A stretch of DNA of 63,581 bases, filler included, from Octopus bimaculoides (GCF_001194135.2; 6 parts of 6 records of this genome joined end to end with filler, not necessarily neighbours in it), one strand, 5' to 3'; shown: positions 23,491 through 36,907, counted from the whole stretch's first letter. Numbers and translations: made by a program. The notes: generated by a model from the letters alone, not told the origin.

Positions 23491-24831
23491 GTTTCAAATT
23501 TTGGGCAGAAGGTCAGCAATTATAAAAATAATAATCCTTTCTATTATAGGCACAAGTTTGAAATTTTGGGGAGGAAGCTGGTTGATTACAACTACTCAGT
23601 GCTTTTATTGACCCCGAAAGGACGGAAGGCAAAGTCGCTCTTGGCGAATTTGAACTCAGAATATAAAAGACAGATGAAATGTCACTAAGTATTTTGACCG
23701 GTATGCTAACAATTCTGTCAATAATAATTGTTTTATTTTGACAACATCAAAAGCATTTTTAAAACTCATCTCTGTAGCAGAAATACAATTTGTTTTGAAT
23801 ACATTTTAAGTGCCTACCATAACATATGGCTGTGGTATTGAACTGGAATGTAACTGAACTATTAGTACAATTAAACCTTGGGAGAGGCATTATGCTGGTA
23901 ATAAACACATGCACTGGTTCAGTCCTTTATATATTTATTTATAAACAGTATTTAGTTTTTTTGTTAAATCATTTCATTACACTCTTGCAATCTCTTCAGT
24001 AACTTGTCTCTCCACTTCCATTTATCTTGAATGTATGAGTTAGCGTTGTTTTGAAATTGTCCGGTATGAGCATGTGAGTGTGTGCACCAAATACACATAC
24101 AAAATAGGAACTATTAGTAATATGAAAGAAATCTACTAAAGGAAAAATACAAAGAAACCTATTGAAGGTGGTAAAGTACTATGAATTGACAGTTTAAATT
24201 AGATTATTCTGTCTAAAGTAATGCTTATTTATTCACATGGTTTTGATTTAATCATGCATTATTTCATTGCTTCAAGATTTCAATGATGTGATTGTATATT
24301 TTTAGAACAATATTGTTGGGTAGGTGTGAGAGGCCAGATCTAGCTGGTTTGGACACAAAACATGTAGAATATTTGAGCCAAGTATGGCCAGTTTAAATAC
24401 TAAAGGGTTAAAGAAGGCAGTTTTTAGTGTTGCCCACTTTCCAGCTTACAAACAAACTTGCTATGTACCTTTATTGATTATGATTCCGAAAACAATATCA
24501 AATCAATTATCATTTCAGTAACAGAATTTTCACATGAGGCTGGATTAGACTTCAAATAATTTAAGTCTAACCTTAAAGCAGTGAAAGTGCATGGCATTGT
24601 GTTTAGAGTGTTGCACCCACAATCACAAGACTGTTGTTTCAATTCCTGGACCAGGCGGTTCATCTTGTTCTTCAGCAAAACACCAGAGCTTGGCGCAGTC
24701 TTCTGACTGGCCAGCTGGAGGGAGGATATTAAATAATAATGATGATGATGATGATGATGATGATGATCTATCTATATATCTATACATACATACATACATA
24801 CATACACACACATACATATATATATACACAC

Positions 24832-24873
<42 letters not shown>

Positions 24874-24999
24874 NNNNNNNNNNTGTTTTTGCCTTTGTGA
24901 GTTACAAGTAATGCTATCTGTTGGAGTCTCAGCTTTTTTAGCTGCTATTTCTGAACTTCGGTATGTGGTGAAGCAAATGCTTGCTGATCCCTTAATTAT

Positions 25000-25040
<41 letters not shown>

Positions 25041-25771
25041 CATTTGTATGAGTCTGCAATATCAGAAGAGGGAGAGATTACTTAAAACTTGAGAAGTATT
25101 GTAGGGTATATTCATTTATTTACTCAAAACTGCTTCCCTGAATTTCTAAGTTTCTCATTTGGCTCTCTACCAGGTCTTATTTTTTTATAAGCAGTGACCA
25201 AGATAAGAATAATCATTATACATTAGCCATTATTGGTTTGATGGCTTCATTGATCTTAAGGTTGTTTAAGTACAAACAACCCCCAGCCCACATCTACACC
25301 TTTAACAAGCCCTTCAAATCCTCCACTACTTCCCTTGGCCCCTGCCTTTGATTGTATGCCCTTCATTGTTTTGTTGCAAGATTGACAATGTCTGTTTTCT
25401 CTGTCAGCCCCAAAACTAATTACTTACTATACACAGTGCCTCTCAACCACAGCTCCAGTCACATCCCACTTTTGTAGAAAACATAGCCATGGTGTTAAGA
25501 GGTTTGCTTTGTAACCCCATAGCTTCAGTTTCAAGCCCAGTAGATGGCACTTTGTGTAAATGTTTTCTAGCATATCTAGTATTATAAGACATATCCAATG
25601 CCTTGTAAGTAGAATACAGTAAACAGAAACTGTGCAGAAGCCCTCAGTAGATTTTTAAGAATGTGTGATGTATACATTGATGCAATTTGTCAAACAATAA
25701 GACAGGATAGATCAAATAAATCAATGGAGTGCCATTGATCTACTTAATCAACATTGACCTGTGGTTAGAAA

Positions 25772-25823
<52 letters not shown>

Positions 25824-25911
25824 GACTAGCCAGCACCTCTATTTAGTCTTGAGTACGTACTCATTGCATTTCTGTGGTCTGTTGTAACAAATATACAATA
25901 CTCTCTCTCAT

Positions 25912-25948
<37 letters not shown>

Positions 25949-25960
25949 TACATACTTTGT

Positions 25961-25996
<36 letters not shown>

Positions 25997-26011
25997 ATAC
26001 ATATTTACATC

Positions 26012-26059
<48 letters not shown>

Positions 26060-26422
26060 ATATATATATATTTACTAATAGCACTCTGTCAGCTATAAAT
26101 CTATTGAAGGTCGAACAGAAGCTGGTCTTACATTATTGGCACATAGATCTCTCTCATCTCTCCCTTCTTTCTCTCTCTCTCATATCTTCCTCCACTTTCT
26201 CTTCCTCCTCTTCTCTTTCTCCTCTTCTCTCTCCTTCCTCCCTCTCCCTCTCAAACACACACACTCTAACATACATACATACGTACATACACACTCTAAC
26301 ATACATACATACGTACATACAAAATCACCCTGCCACTTTTAAATCCTTTTGAAGGTCAAACAGAAGCTGGTCTTACAATGATGGCACTTAAATCTCTCTC
26401 CTCTTTCTCACTATCTATCTAG

Positions 26423-26457
<35 letters not shown>

Positions 26458-27284
26458 AATCACTCTGTCTCTTTATCTATCTACCTATCTATCTATATGT
26501 CTATCAACCAATTTACCTTCCTCCTCCTTTCATACTTAAACAGCTTACAGAGTGCAAACAGACTGTTTAAATAACCCAACATACATATACACATATATAT
26601 ATATGCATAAGGACAGTTTAAATAACAAATATGGGCTTAAACATACATACATATATCTATGTATGTACATATATAAAGAGATGCATATATGCAAATGCAA
26701 GCGCACGTAAACATACAGATGCATACACCAGTACACATAGTACAAGCACATACACACACACATAAATGGAGCAGTAAACCAACACCAGTAAGTTATATAT
26801 AGATATATTGACAAGCAAGATGTGGGATAACAGTGGCTGTGACGGGGGTGGGGAGTGGGGGGGAATATAGGAAGAAGAGTAATTGTAGAAGGAATCAGAT
26901 TAGGTATCACAGCGATATTTGATTATCTTTGTTACTTGAAAATTCTATAATATTGAACACATCGCTGATTATCTAAAAATGAATTATTAATTTTGGGAGC
27001 AGATATTAAAGCAAGATACAAACTAGAAGACAAGGCTATGGTAGCCCTGTATTATTGCAGAAAGTTAAAATGAATGTAACTGGCATTAAATATTTGCAGC
27101 ACAGAAGCAACGTTGTCAAAGCAAAAATAATAATTTATGTTAATTTTATAAATTAATTACTGCTGTTATCTGTGTTATGATGTAATTAAACTAAGTGGTA
27201 TTATGAAGGAGTACCAGGTCAGTTGACTGGAATAGATAGTGAGATGCACTGCGAGAGACAAAGTGTAAGGGATCTTCTAAAATT

Positions 27285-27472
27285 GTCAAAAGAGGCTGAA
27301 GTTGTCTTAGCATCACTCAGTAAGACCTTTATCAACTGCTCACTGGCTATTCACTAAAACCTATACATGGCTATAGTATGTTCACACTTAAAGTTTGTAT
27401 CTCCAGTCTGGAACCCTTATCTTGTCCAGAACATTGATCTACTGTAAGCTGTCCAAAGATGTGCAACCAACC
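27285..27472 (+). mobile_element. Degenerate CR1/Jockey-like LINE fragment (post-RT region)
   Basis: Translates as NLYMAIVCSHLKFVSPVWNPYLVQNIDLL*AVQRCAT, resembling the LYxxLVRPHLEYxxxVWxP...LExVQRRAT motif. Confidence 0.6.
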
Positions 27473-28256
27473 CTTTGTCAATCAATTACAATATCTTGAC
27501 TGTATTGCTTCTTTGGATATCAGCACACTAAAATTTCAATGTCTAGTACAGTAGTTTGCATCTATTTTTTGCCTATGCCCCACTTAGGTTACTAGTTTAT
27601 AATAGTTGAGTGGAAGCTTATAGCCATTCAGTGTTTAAAAAATTTTTATAATTTAATATCATTAGGAAATGTATTAAAAACATTTGTGTATTGTAGAAGT
27701 ATAAGTAGTTTATTGCACATAAATTTTAACAACAAAATCTTATCTGAACTCCCAAAGACCATACGAACCCCAATTAAAAACCACTAGTCTAGTAGCTGAC
27801 TTGGAAGAAGCACACATGATTATCCACCATCTTTCTAACAATGACTTTGGCCACCTTTTTGAAGTCAATATGTCTAATAGTCTTGAACATGCTTATAAAA
27901 TCAATAGATAGCACAACACCTATTACTTTCAAAAGTTTTTTACATTCAGAATTGTTGTAGCACAGAATAAACAATCCATATCAGTTGTTAGCTGTCAGGA
28001 TATTGCATCTTCCAAAAATTTCATGATTCCTGAAATTCACCAAGACTATTCCTGATGTGCCCTATGCACCCTTACCTCTGTCCACTCAATAGTCTTATCC
28101 TGTGTACAATGCATGTACTTTTAGCTAGCATTGCTGTCTTTCATTACTTCACTTATTGTAGTTTTCTGTCCCCCTTTTTACCCATTTCCAACAAGTTGTA
28201 GTGTACCTGAACACTACATACAATTAACTTCTAAATATTATTATTATTATTATTGT

Positions 28257-28651
28257 GGGAGTGGCTGTCTGGTAAGTAGCTTGCTTACGAACCACATGGT
28301 TCCGGGTTCAGTCCCACTGCGTGGCACCTTGGGCAAGTGTCTTCTACTATAACCTCGGGCTGACCAAAGACTTGTGCGTGGATTTGGTAGACAGAAACTG
28401 AAGGAAGCCCATCGTATATGTGTATATATGTGTATGTATCTGTGTGTATATGTTTGTGTGTCTGTGTTTGTCCCCCCAACATTGCTTGACAACCGATGCT
28501 GGGGTGTTTACATTTCCATAACTTAGCGGTTCGGCAAAAGAGACCGATAGAATAAGTACTAGGCTTACAAAGAAGTCCCTGGGGTCGATTTGCTCGACTA
28601 AAGGCGGTGCTCCAGCATGGCCACTGTCAAATGACTGAAACAAGTAAAAGA
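28257..28651 (+). mobile_element. SINE family B, full length
   Basis: Same sequence as the copies at 36746-37150 and 55350-55762. Confidence 0.85.
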
Positions 28652-28795
28652 GAGTAACAGAGATTATTATTAAGGCAGTGAGCTGACAGAATCATTAGCA
28701 TGCCAGGCAATGTAATTGACCATCCGCTTCTCCCAAATTTCAGGCCTTGTGCCTATAGTAGAAAGGATCATCATCATCATCATCATCATCATCAT

Positions 28796-29588
28796 CTCTT
28801 TATCGCAAGTTTTGTTGGAGCTCCTGGAGTCTTGCATGCATAGCGGGTTTACTACCTGCAGCCTATGTTGCCATGCTATTCGTTCTTTTCAGTTGTCTTA
28901 TACTTTTCTGATTATACTGGCACTATCTTCACCTTCTTCATTTTCCATAGCTGGGCTATTTCGTACTTAAGAGGGTTGTATCTATTTATCTTTTCGTCTT
29001 CCTTCGTGAGTCAAAGGGGCATGCAATGTCAACTATATAGCATATGTGGTGCACTTTGTCCACCACCACTTGGTCCAGTCGATTATGCTCTAGCACCTGA
29101 ATTGTTTGGATTGGAAAATCCCAGAGGATTTTGTTAGTTTCTGACTCTGCCAACCTTTGTGGTTTGTGCTCATACCATGTTTTGCCTCACTCTAGCCCCC
29201 ACTTTTTGTAGTTTCCAATGTAACATTTTCATTACCTGGTCATGTCACCACAACCTGTAGTGGTTTGGGGCAAGTCTCGGGCATTTGTTCATGATATAGG
29301 CAATGGTTTCATCCACTCTATTGCAGATGCAGCACAGCGGAGACACTCGCTCATTCCCAAGGTTGACCCTCCAGTTCATGGCCAGAGCTTGGTCCTGTGC
29401 TGCCAGTATAGTACTCTGTCTCTTTTTTTAGGGTTTCTTTCATCACCCAATCCCACCTATTTTTTCCAGCAACTTTTGTTGTGGCTACATGGAATTGATT
29501 GTGTAGTCCCTTCTTGCATAATTCTTCTTCATGTCCTTTTTGTACTTCTTCCTTTGTTTTCGTTTTTTACTCTGCTCTCAATACACTC
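28796..29588 (-). mobile_element. 5'-truncated R4/Dong-like non-LTR retrotransposon (CCHC knuckle + restriction-like endonuclease)
   Basis: Frameshifted minus-strand translation KGLHNQF...WDWVMKETLKKETE..ILAAQDQAL...CCICNRVDETIAYIMNKCPRL...ILWDFPIQT...IVDIACPFD...KINRYNPLKYEIAQLW, with a (GAT)n tail. Confidence 0.75.
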
Positions 29589-29619
<31 letters not shown>

Positions 29620-30109
29620 GTTATTATTACGATGGCAAATTGACAGAGTTATTAGTACATTGGAACAAAAATGTTTAATGGCATTTCTTCAATTCTTTAT
29701 GTTCTGAGTTCAAATTCTGTGAGGCTGACTTCGGCTTTCAGCCATACAGAATTGATAAAATAAAGAACCAGTTAAGTACTGGAGTTGAAGAAATTAACTC
29801 CTTCCACTCACTTCAAAACTTTTGCCAAAATTAGAAAGAATTATTATTATTATTATTATTGTTAGAGAGTAGCAAGTGTGGTGATAAGGAGTGTCAGACA
29901 GGGTACACAAGTTTGTGCAATACACAGTAGTGGTAGGGTTAGCCCCTTAGCACCAAAGCAGTTGTGGTACAGAATTACAACTTTTCTTTGTCTGGTTTAT
30001 GTTAAACGTTTGTGAACAACAACACTGTTAATTGCATGTTCCCAGTGAGACAATCACTGGCTTACAGCATTTTTGATGGCAACAGTGACAGAGACTTAAT
30101 GTATGTTAA

Positions 30110-30329
30110 TCCTTTAGCATTCAGATTACTCTGTCAAGTGTAATAGTTATTTATTCATATTGTTTTGAATTAATCTTGCATTATTTTGTAGCTTTGAGAT
30201 TTCAATGATGTGATTGTATATTTTTAGAATGACATTGTAGGATAGATGTGAGAGGCCAGATCTGGCCAGTTTGAACATAAGGCAGGTAGAATATTTTGTC
30301 TGGATATGACTGATTTAAATGCTAAAGGG
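30110..30329. mobile_element. piggyBac-like MITE (TTAA target duplication; (C)CCTTTAGCATT TIRs)
   Basis: TTAA|tcctttagcatt...aatgctaaaggg|TTAA. Related copies lie at ~24192-24407, 40610-40829 and 44041-44259. Confidence 0.7.
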
Positions 30330-32199
30330 TTAAGTGAATTTGTTCCTAAGGAATCAGGTTTTTACTTACTTTTTACACTGATGCTTATAAAACTAAAATA
30401 GCACAAGCGGCATAGCTGTTTGTATAGTCCTGCTGGTGTGATGTTGTTGGGGGTAGTGTTGTTGGCGTAGAAGTGTTTGTGTGATTTTGTGTAAGTGATG
30501 TTGCTGGTGTGGTGTTGCTTCTGGAGTGTTGCCACTGCTACCACCTTTGCCATTTAAACATAATGAATCCAGGACAAAAGCAACAATATAAAATTTGAGG
30601 GGGATTTAGATATTATTTCTAGAATTTCAAGTCACCAGTTAGAGCCTCCCTTCTTTGCACACCACCACCTGAACTGATAAAAATAAGTATCAGATCAAAT
30701 TCACCATGCCTATCCATCAAAATTTTATGACACTGTGTCAAAGTTGAAAAAATCAATACAATAGCATGTATGAGAGAAACCGAACTGTGCAGATCAGTGG
30801 GTTGACTAACTAAATTAGGTCATGGAATAATTCTGAGAGGGTTGCAAAGACAGACTCATTTACAGTTGAAAATTTTGAGAATATAAAAAGATGTTCATAA
30901 ATCCTTCACTTTCTGTAGATGTTGTTGTCATTATTTTCATGCCAACATGTGTTAACCCACCCCGTAATATTTTTTATCCTCACATTTGCTAACTTTCTAA
31001 TGATAATCTCTAGTTAATAATTCTTTCTACTATAGGCACAGGGGCTGAAGATTTTTAGGGAGGGGGGGGTTTACTTGATTACATTGACCCCCCCACCCTT
31101 TCCGGTGCTCAACTGCCACTTATTGATTCTGAAAGGATGAAAGGCAAAACCGATCTCAGTGGCATTTAAACTCAAAATGTAAAGCCAGAAGAAATACTAC
31201 TAAGCATTTTGTCCAATGTGCTAATGATTCTGCCAGCATGTTGCCTTAGTCTCTATTTAATAATAGCTGAAATAAATTTTGGCTGGCTGGTTGGTTGGTT
31301 GGTTGATTTCTCCAGTCATGCTTTACATCATATACAGAAAGTGTGGGTGGTGGTGGAGAGAGAGTAAAAAGTTAACATAAAAGATGCAGATTGACTGTCT
31401 TATAACTTTCTGAAAACTACCAATTTTTTAAATGAAATTTTGCAGAGATAGAATTTTGATGAAGTAGATTGTGTTTATGTTGAATTTGGAAAAAGAATGG
31501 CATAATATTTTTAGCAAATATTCAAATTAGAAATTTGTTTTATTTAATTTTATTTCTGGGTAATAAATATTTTTCATTTGAAAATTAGTATTCATTATTT
31601 CATCATTTTGTATAAACAATTAAAAAATTTGATAAACGTTAAATTATAATTATTGTATGCATCCCATATTTTCTGATATTACCTATACTGGTAAATGTAT
31701 TCTTCCAAAGTTACTTATCATATGATGGTTAACACTCCAGTAGTAGTAGTAGTAATAGTAGTAGTAGTAGTAACAGTTTCAAATTTTGGCACAAGGCCAG
31801 CTAGCTTGGGGGAGGGGATAACTTGATTACATCAACCCAAATGCCCAGTTGGTAGTTATTTTATTGACCTCGAAAAAGATGGAAGGCAAAGTCAACCTCG
31901 GTTGGATTTGAACTCAGACAAAATACTGCTAAGCATTTTGCTTGGTGTCCAAACGATTCTGTCAGCTGGCTGCCTTAGCAGCAGTAGTAGTAGAAGTGGT
32001 AATGAACTTATTTGTATACACTACTCAAGCACATTACACTCTGTGAGAAAGATATTGTGCCTGTGGTGGTGGTAGTGGTGGAAATGGTGGTGATGCTGAT
32101 AGTGTTGCTGATGGTGATGACAATAACCAGTATTATCTCTTCTAGTATACTGATATTCTCTCTCTCCCTCTCTACTATCACTGTTACAACAGTTTATAC

Positions 32200-32647
32200 C
32201 AGTGATTCTTAACAATTTTTTACCTATAGACCTCTTCAATTTCTATTTTTCTGAGGTAGATCTTCATAGCCATTTGATCTTTAAAAAAATTCCCATCATA
32301 TTTTTAGAATAAGGAATTTTGTCAGTGAACAGGTCGCGGTCTCAAAGTGACGAAAATATTTTGACAAATTAAATTTAAATGTTGAAGTGAATCTAACAGT
32401 TTTTGTGTGTTATTTTAAATGGCTTATAAACACCTTCCACGCTGTAATTGTTAATATTATTATGAATTTCATAAAAAATAATTCTTAAGCTATTTGGTGA
32501 ACGAAGAAGTATAAGAAATTTATTGCACATAAATTTTAACAAAAAAAAAAAAAATCTAATATGGACCTCCAAGGGTTATATGGACCCCACCCACCAAAAG
32601 TCAAATGAACCCCCAAGCGTCATATGGACCCTGGTTGGGACCCACTG
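32200..32647. mobile_element. hAT (Charlie-like) non-autonomous element
   Basis: Termini CAGTGATTCTTAAC / GTTGGGACCCACTG, flanked by the 8-mers GTTTATAC and GTCTACAC. A related shorter copy lies at ~27629-27786. Confidence 0.6.
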
Positions 32648-32769
32648 GTCTACACTCACTTGAACTGGACCACACTAAAAGGGCATTTTGATGAATCTGT
32701 TGTGGTTGTAATATGAAGCGACTGTAGTATGTGGTGATGTAGGGTGTTGATGCAGTGAGAAGTGGTTAT

Positions 32770-32857
32770 TGTATGCAGTGGTGTAGTATGTTGTGGTGTA
32801 GTATGTAGTGGTGTAGTATGTTGTGGTGTAGTATGTAGTGGTGTAGTATGTTGTGGT
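32770..32857. repeat. 15-nt tandem repeat (gtggtgtagtatgtW)
   Basis: About five copies running into a gap. Confidence 0.8.
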
Positions 32858-32958
32858 NNNNNNNNNNNNNNNNNNNNNNNNNNNNNNNNNNNNNNNNNNN
32901 NTTAATTAATTAANNNNNNNNNNNNNNNNNNNNNNNNNNNNNNNNNNNNNNNNNNNNA

Positions 32959-33286
32959 AGGTACTTACACTCTGATGGGTATTCACATTGACATTACACA
33001 TCCAACGGAGCATACTGGCTTCATTCCTTGCGAGCTTACGTATGTCCTCAGCAGTTACAGCCCATGTTTCACTGCCATGTAGCATGGCTGTTCGTACGCA
33101 TGCGTCATACAGTCTGCCTTTTACTCTGAGCGAGAGTCCCTTTGTCGCCAGCAGGGGTAAGAGCTCTCTAAACTTTGCCCAAGCTATTCTTATTCTAGCA
33201 GCTACACTTTCAGCGCACCCACCCCCACTACTAACTTGGTCGCCCAGATAGCGGAAGCTATCGACTACCTCTAGTTTTTCACCCTG
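32959..33286 (-). mobile_element. RTE LINE fragment (post-RT region)
   Basis: Translates as ...[39 protein letters not shown]...MLHGSETWAVT; about 99% identical to 47547-47856. Confidence 0.85.
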
Positions 33287-33408
33287 GAATGAGATAGAAG
33301 TTGTCTATCGACTACCTATATATATATATACATACATACATACATACATACATACATACATACATACATACATACATACATACATACATACATACATACA
33401 TACATACA

Positions 33409-33463
<55 letters not shown>

Positions 33464-34150
33464 GGGAAGGAGAGGGTGGGAGAAATGGAAATATGAATTA
33501 GAAACTTTTTGTGAGGTAGGAAGTTGAAGATACAGTTTATAAGGATAAAATTCAATAAGAAGAGAATGTGTGTATGTGTATCACTTTAATTTAAAAATTC
33601 ATATTTCAACATTTTCTATCCTCGCTTGGATGAGATTGTTTTTCTTGGAGCTGTTGATTTTACAGCCGGTTGTTCTGCTATCTACTCAACTACCAAGTGT
33701 AAGTGAAACCTGTGTCTTTCTTAGCAATACATCATTGTTTGTATTCTTGACTATATGATCAGTAATCACACAACCCTGTCCTGAGCTATTGTCTCATTTT
33801 CATTATTCATTGAAAAGATATTAACGAGATTATAATTCAAGCAAGTACAGTGATAAAATACACTTAGGAAACATTTCCTATTAGTAACAGTTTGCTTCTT
33901 GTAAATTCTGCAAACCAATGTGAAAAGTAAACATCTTCAGTTGATTCAGGGATTTGCACAATCTGTTAAGCTCTGATCTCTGGATTTTTATCAACACAAA
34001 AGGTTTTCATCAATATCATTCATAATAATCACATATTCGTTATAATAATTATTCTTCATATTTATATATTCTTTCCTTCTTTCTGTTATTTGTTTCTATT
34101 TGATAAATCTTTTAGATTTTACATTTTGATTTGTCAATTTTTCATTGTAG

Positions 34151-34262
34151 CCTAGTGTGTGTGAACTTTTTCCTACCCTAGAATGGATCCTTGGCTGGAA
34201 AGATTTTGGTTTCAAGCAAAACAAAGAATCTTTTCTGAACAATGTTAAAGGCTTTTGTAGTA
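34151..34262 (+). CDS. AUP1: AUP1 exon (first recognised): PSVCELFPTLEWILGWKDFGFKQNKESFLNNVKGFCS
   Basis: ttgtag acceptor and gtaagt donor; phase 0 to 1 joins the next exon in frame; position equivalent to the PLLNSPP..W..GF region of human AUP1. Confidence 0.7.
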
Positions 34263-34479
34263 GTAAGTATTGCCTATCCATTGTAATGTATCAGTAAAAA
34301 CCTCCAATCACTTGACAGCCATTTATATTTCACTTTCATATATTTCTCATCATCATCATTTTTGCATATGCTTTTCTATACTGGCATGGATTGGATTAGC
34401 CATTTTGAGGCTATATTTCTCAACTGAATACTTTTCTTGATGTTATCCCATTTAGTCATCTCTTGCAATACATAAAGAT

Positions 34480-36020
34480 ACGGTGTTAGAGGTAGCACAC
34501 CATCTACTTCATCCATGTCATAGATAATCATCTTTTGAAACTCCACCTTTTTTGAATGATTTGACAATTATGTCGGCTTTTATTTCCTTCCTTTAATCAG
34601 CAACCCATTCACAGATCATACTGCCCTCATACTGCTTCCTTTCATGTATGTTTTTTCTTCATCATGCACCCTGTTATCCCACTTAATTTTCATCATGTCC
34701 TTAAATGTCATATTGATACTAATATCTAATGGTTGCAAAACATTTGTAAGTCTGCCAAGCATTACAGATATGTTAGTGTTGTGTGACCAGAGGTTATCAA
34801 AATGTTCTCCATTAGATGTGCTCTAAACTGATTCTATATAAGAAAACTCTTTTCCTTTTGTAGTCTACCAGGTCATAAATTCCAAACTTCCCTTATCCAT
34901 TTTCTATATCCACTCTTAACCATCCAGCCTTGTGAATGCACATGGATGACAATTCCTTTGCAAATTTTTCCTTTGGTAGGATTTTTATCTTAAAAACTTA
35001 GTACTAAGAGTGATGCAAGAAAGGATTAAAGTAATCTTACTTTTCTTGTAGCCAGTGGCGCTCAACAATACTAGTTTTTTTTCTCTCCTTTTTGGTTCAG
35101 TTTGATTCTCTGGCATGTCAAGAGTAATAAGTGTTTTGTCTATTTTCCTAGTTGAATGTAACTTGAAGTATTCCTCTTGCTGATTTCTGATTACGAACAG
35201 ATGAAAATGTTATATCTTATCATGTAGGTCAGCAGGCAGCTCTTGTGCAATCTTAGTTTGCTGCTCGAGTACCAACATCATATTGTGTCATAAACCTAGT
35301 GCACCATCTAGCACTTGCTTCCTCCCATATATGGATTCCGCAGGCTGCATCATCATCATTTAATGTCCATCGTCCATGCTGGCATGGGTTGGGTGGTTTG
35401 ATCAGAGCCGGGGAGCTGTACCAGACTCCAGTCTGATTTGGCATGGTTTCTACATCTGGATACTTTTCCTAATGCCAACCACTTTACAGAATGTGTTGGA
35501 TACTTTTACATGGCACTGCACAGATGCTTTTTTGTGGCACCATGTAGTTGCTTTTACATGGCACCACACAGGCACTTTTATTTAGTACCACACAGATGCT
35601 TTCATTCAGTACTGCATGGGTGCTTTTACATGGCACTGCACAGATGCTTTTATGTGGCACCACTCAGGCACCCTTACAGGGCAGTGTACAGACACTTTTA
35701 CGTGACTTTATACCACCAGAGGGACCAGTCTTAACACTTCTGTTGTGGAGTGTAGGTCTTCTTGAGTACATGAATTACAATTTCCATTTTGATGATTTTT
35801 TACAAGTACCCACTGTACAACATTTTTCTCCAATTGTGGACATTTGCTTGTTCACCTCTTCATTTATACATTTCTTTTTGACATTGTCTGAAATTTAATA
35901 CCTCCAGTTTTTCACTTGTTTTCTGAAACACAAAATTCTCTTGCTGTAACCCAGTTAGTTGTCTTTTTGAAAACTTCAGTAACTTCTAGTTTTAAAGCTG
36001 ATCTGTATTTCCTCTTTTTA
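34480..36020 (-). mobile_element. Degenerate pogo/Tigger-family transposase, interrupted by an RTE fragment at 35350-35735
   Basis: Minus-strand remnants KYRSALKLEV...AREFCVSE (N-terminal DNA-binding region) and GRLTNVLQPLDISINMTFKDMMKIKW (DDE_1 QPLD motif). Confidence 0.6.
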
Positions 36021-36495
36021 TGGAGGGCATATTTACACAGGATTATGGCTAAATTGTAAAACTTCAACTATATTCCATGGCTGCTATACTAAAACTGAAG
36101 TCAGCTTAGTAATAAAGAGACATTATACCTGACTTTGCTTCTTCCATAAGGAATTTCAAGAAACTAGTAACCTGATGTTTGTTTGATTTGCAATCAAAAC
36201 ACATACTAATAATGAGCTAGCACACAAAAAAAAAAACAACAAAAGCCTTTTCACATTGTAGCAATCATATATGGGATAATTCCTTGACTCCATTATTTGT
36301 GAAGAAGTAGGGTTAACTGTTACAGAAGATATATAAAAATTTCAGATTTTTTGCTAAAAAATAGTCAACTTTTATAAGAGATTGACTAACATGATTATAT
36401 ACAGTAACTTTTGTTGTTGGTTGCAAAATTGCAAGTCCTACAATTGATTGATAGTCTTTCACACTAGTTTATTACTATTTTTTATACACTTTCAG

Positions 36496-36568
36496 GTTCC
36501 AATATTCCTTTATTAGTTCATCCTGAAGGAAGTTCTACTAATGGACGTTATGGCTTACTAAAATTCTG
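36496..36568 (+). CDS. AUP1: AUP1 exon: SNIPLLVHPEGSSTNGRYGLLKF
   Basis: ttcag/gtaaat boundaries; matches human PLLLFPEEEATNGREGLLRF. Confidence 0.9.
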
Positions 36569-36745
36569 GTAAATATTCTTTTAACTGAATTTTTTTGTTG
36601 TATGTTATTTGCATAGTCTTACTTTAATTAAGTTATAATATTAATCTCAAAAGAAGTTTCATAAATGACTTCTGTAAAAAAAAATACAATAAAGATTAAG
36701 AAATGACTTTTGTAAAAAAAAAAATTCAATAAAGATTAAGAAATT

Positions 36746-36907
36746 AGGCGCAGGAGTGGCTGTGTGGTAGCTTGCTTACCAACCACATGGTTCCAGGTTC
36801 AGTCCCACTGCGTGGCACCTTGGGCAAGTGTCTTCTACTATACCCTCGGGCCGACCAAAGCCTTGTGAGTGGATTTGGTAGATGGAAACTGAAAGAAGCC
36901 CATCGTA

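Noticed and set aside
26105-26400. ~55-bp direct duplication (gaaggtcRaacagaagctggtcttaca) about 245 bp apart
   Set aside because: Embedded in microsatellites and adequately explained by local slippage or unequal exchange.
27789-27974. 61-aa minus-strand ORF with a VVLSIDF motif
   Set aside because: Only a faint resemblance to RT motifs; too short and degenerate to call.
33666-33698. Possible 33-nt AUP1 exon PVVLLSTQLPS (tacag/gtaagt, phase 0)
   Set aside because: The splice signals fit but there is no resemblance to the expected NH..DH..L..C segment; it needs RNA evidence.
33755-33784. MISNHTTLS*, resembling AUP1 LISNHVT
   Set aside because: It is followed immediately by a stop, lacks the conserved Asp, and lies after a stop-containing stretch with no usable splice sites.
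35503-35718. Regularly spaced repeats as a possible CRISPR array
   Set aside because: Contiguous degenerate tandem units without unique spacers, in a eukaryotic LINE, with no cas genes.
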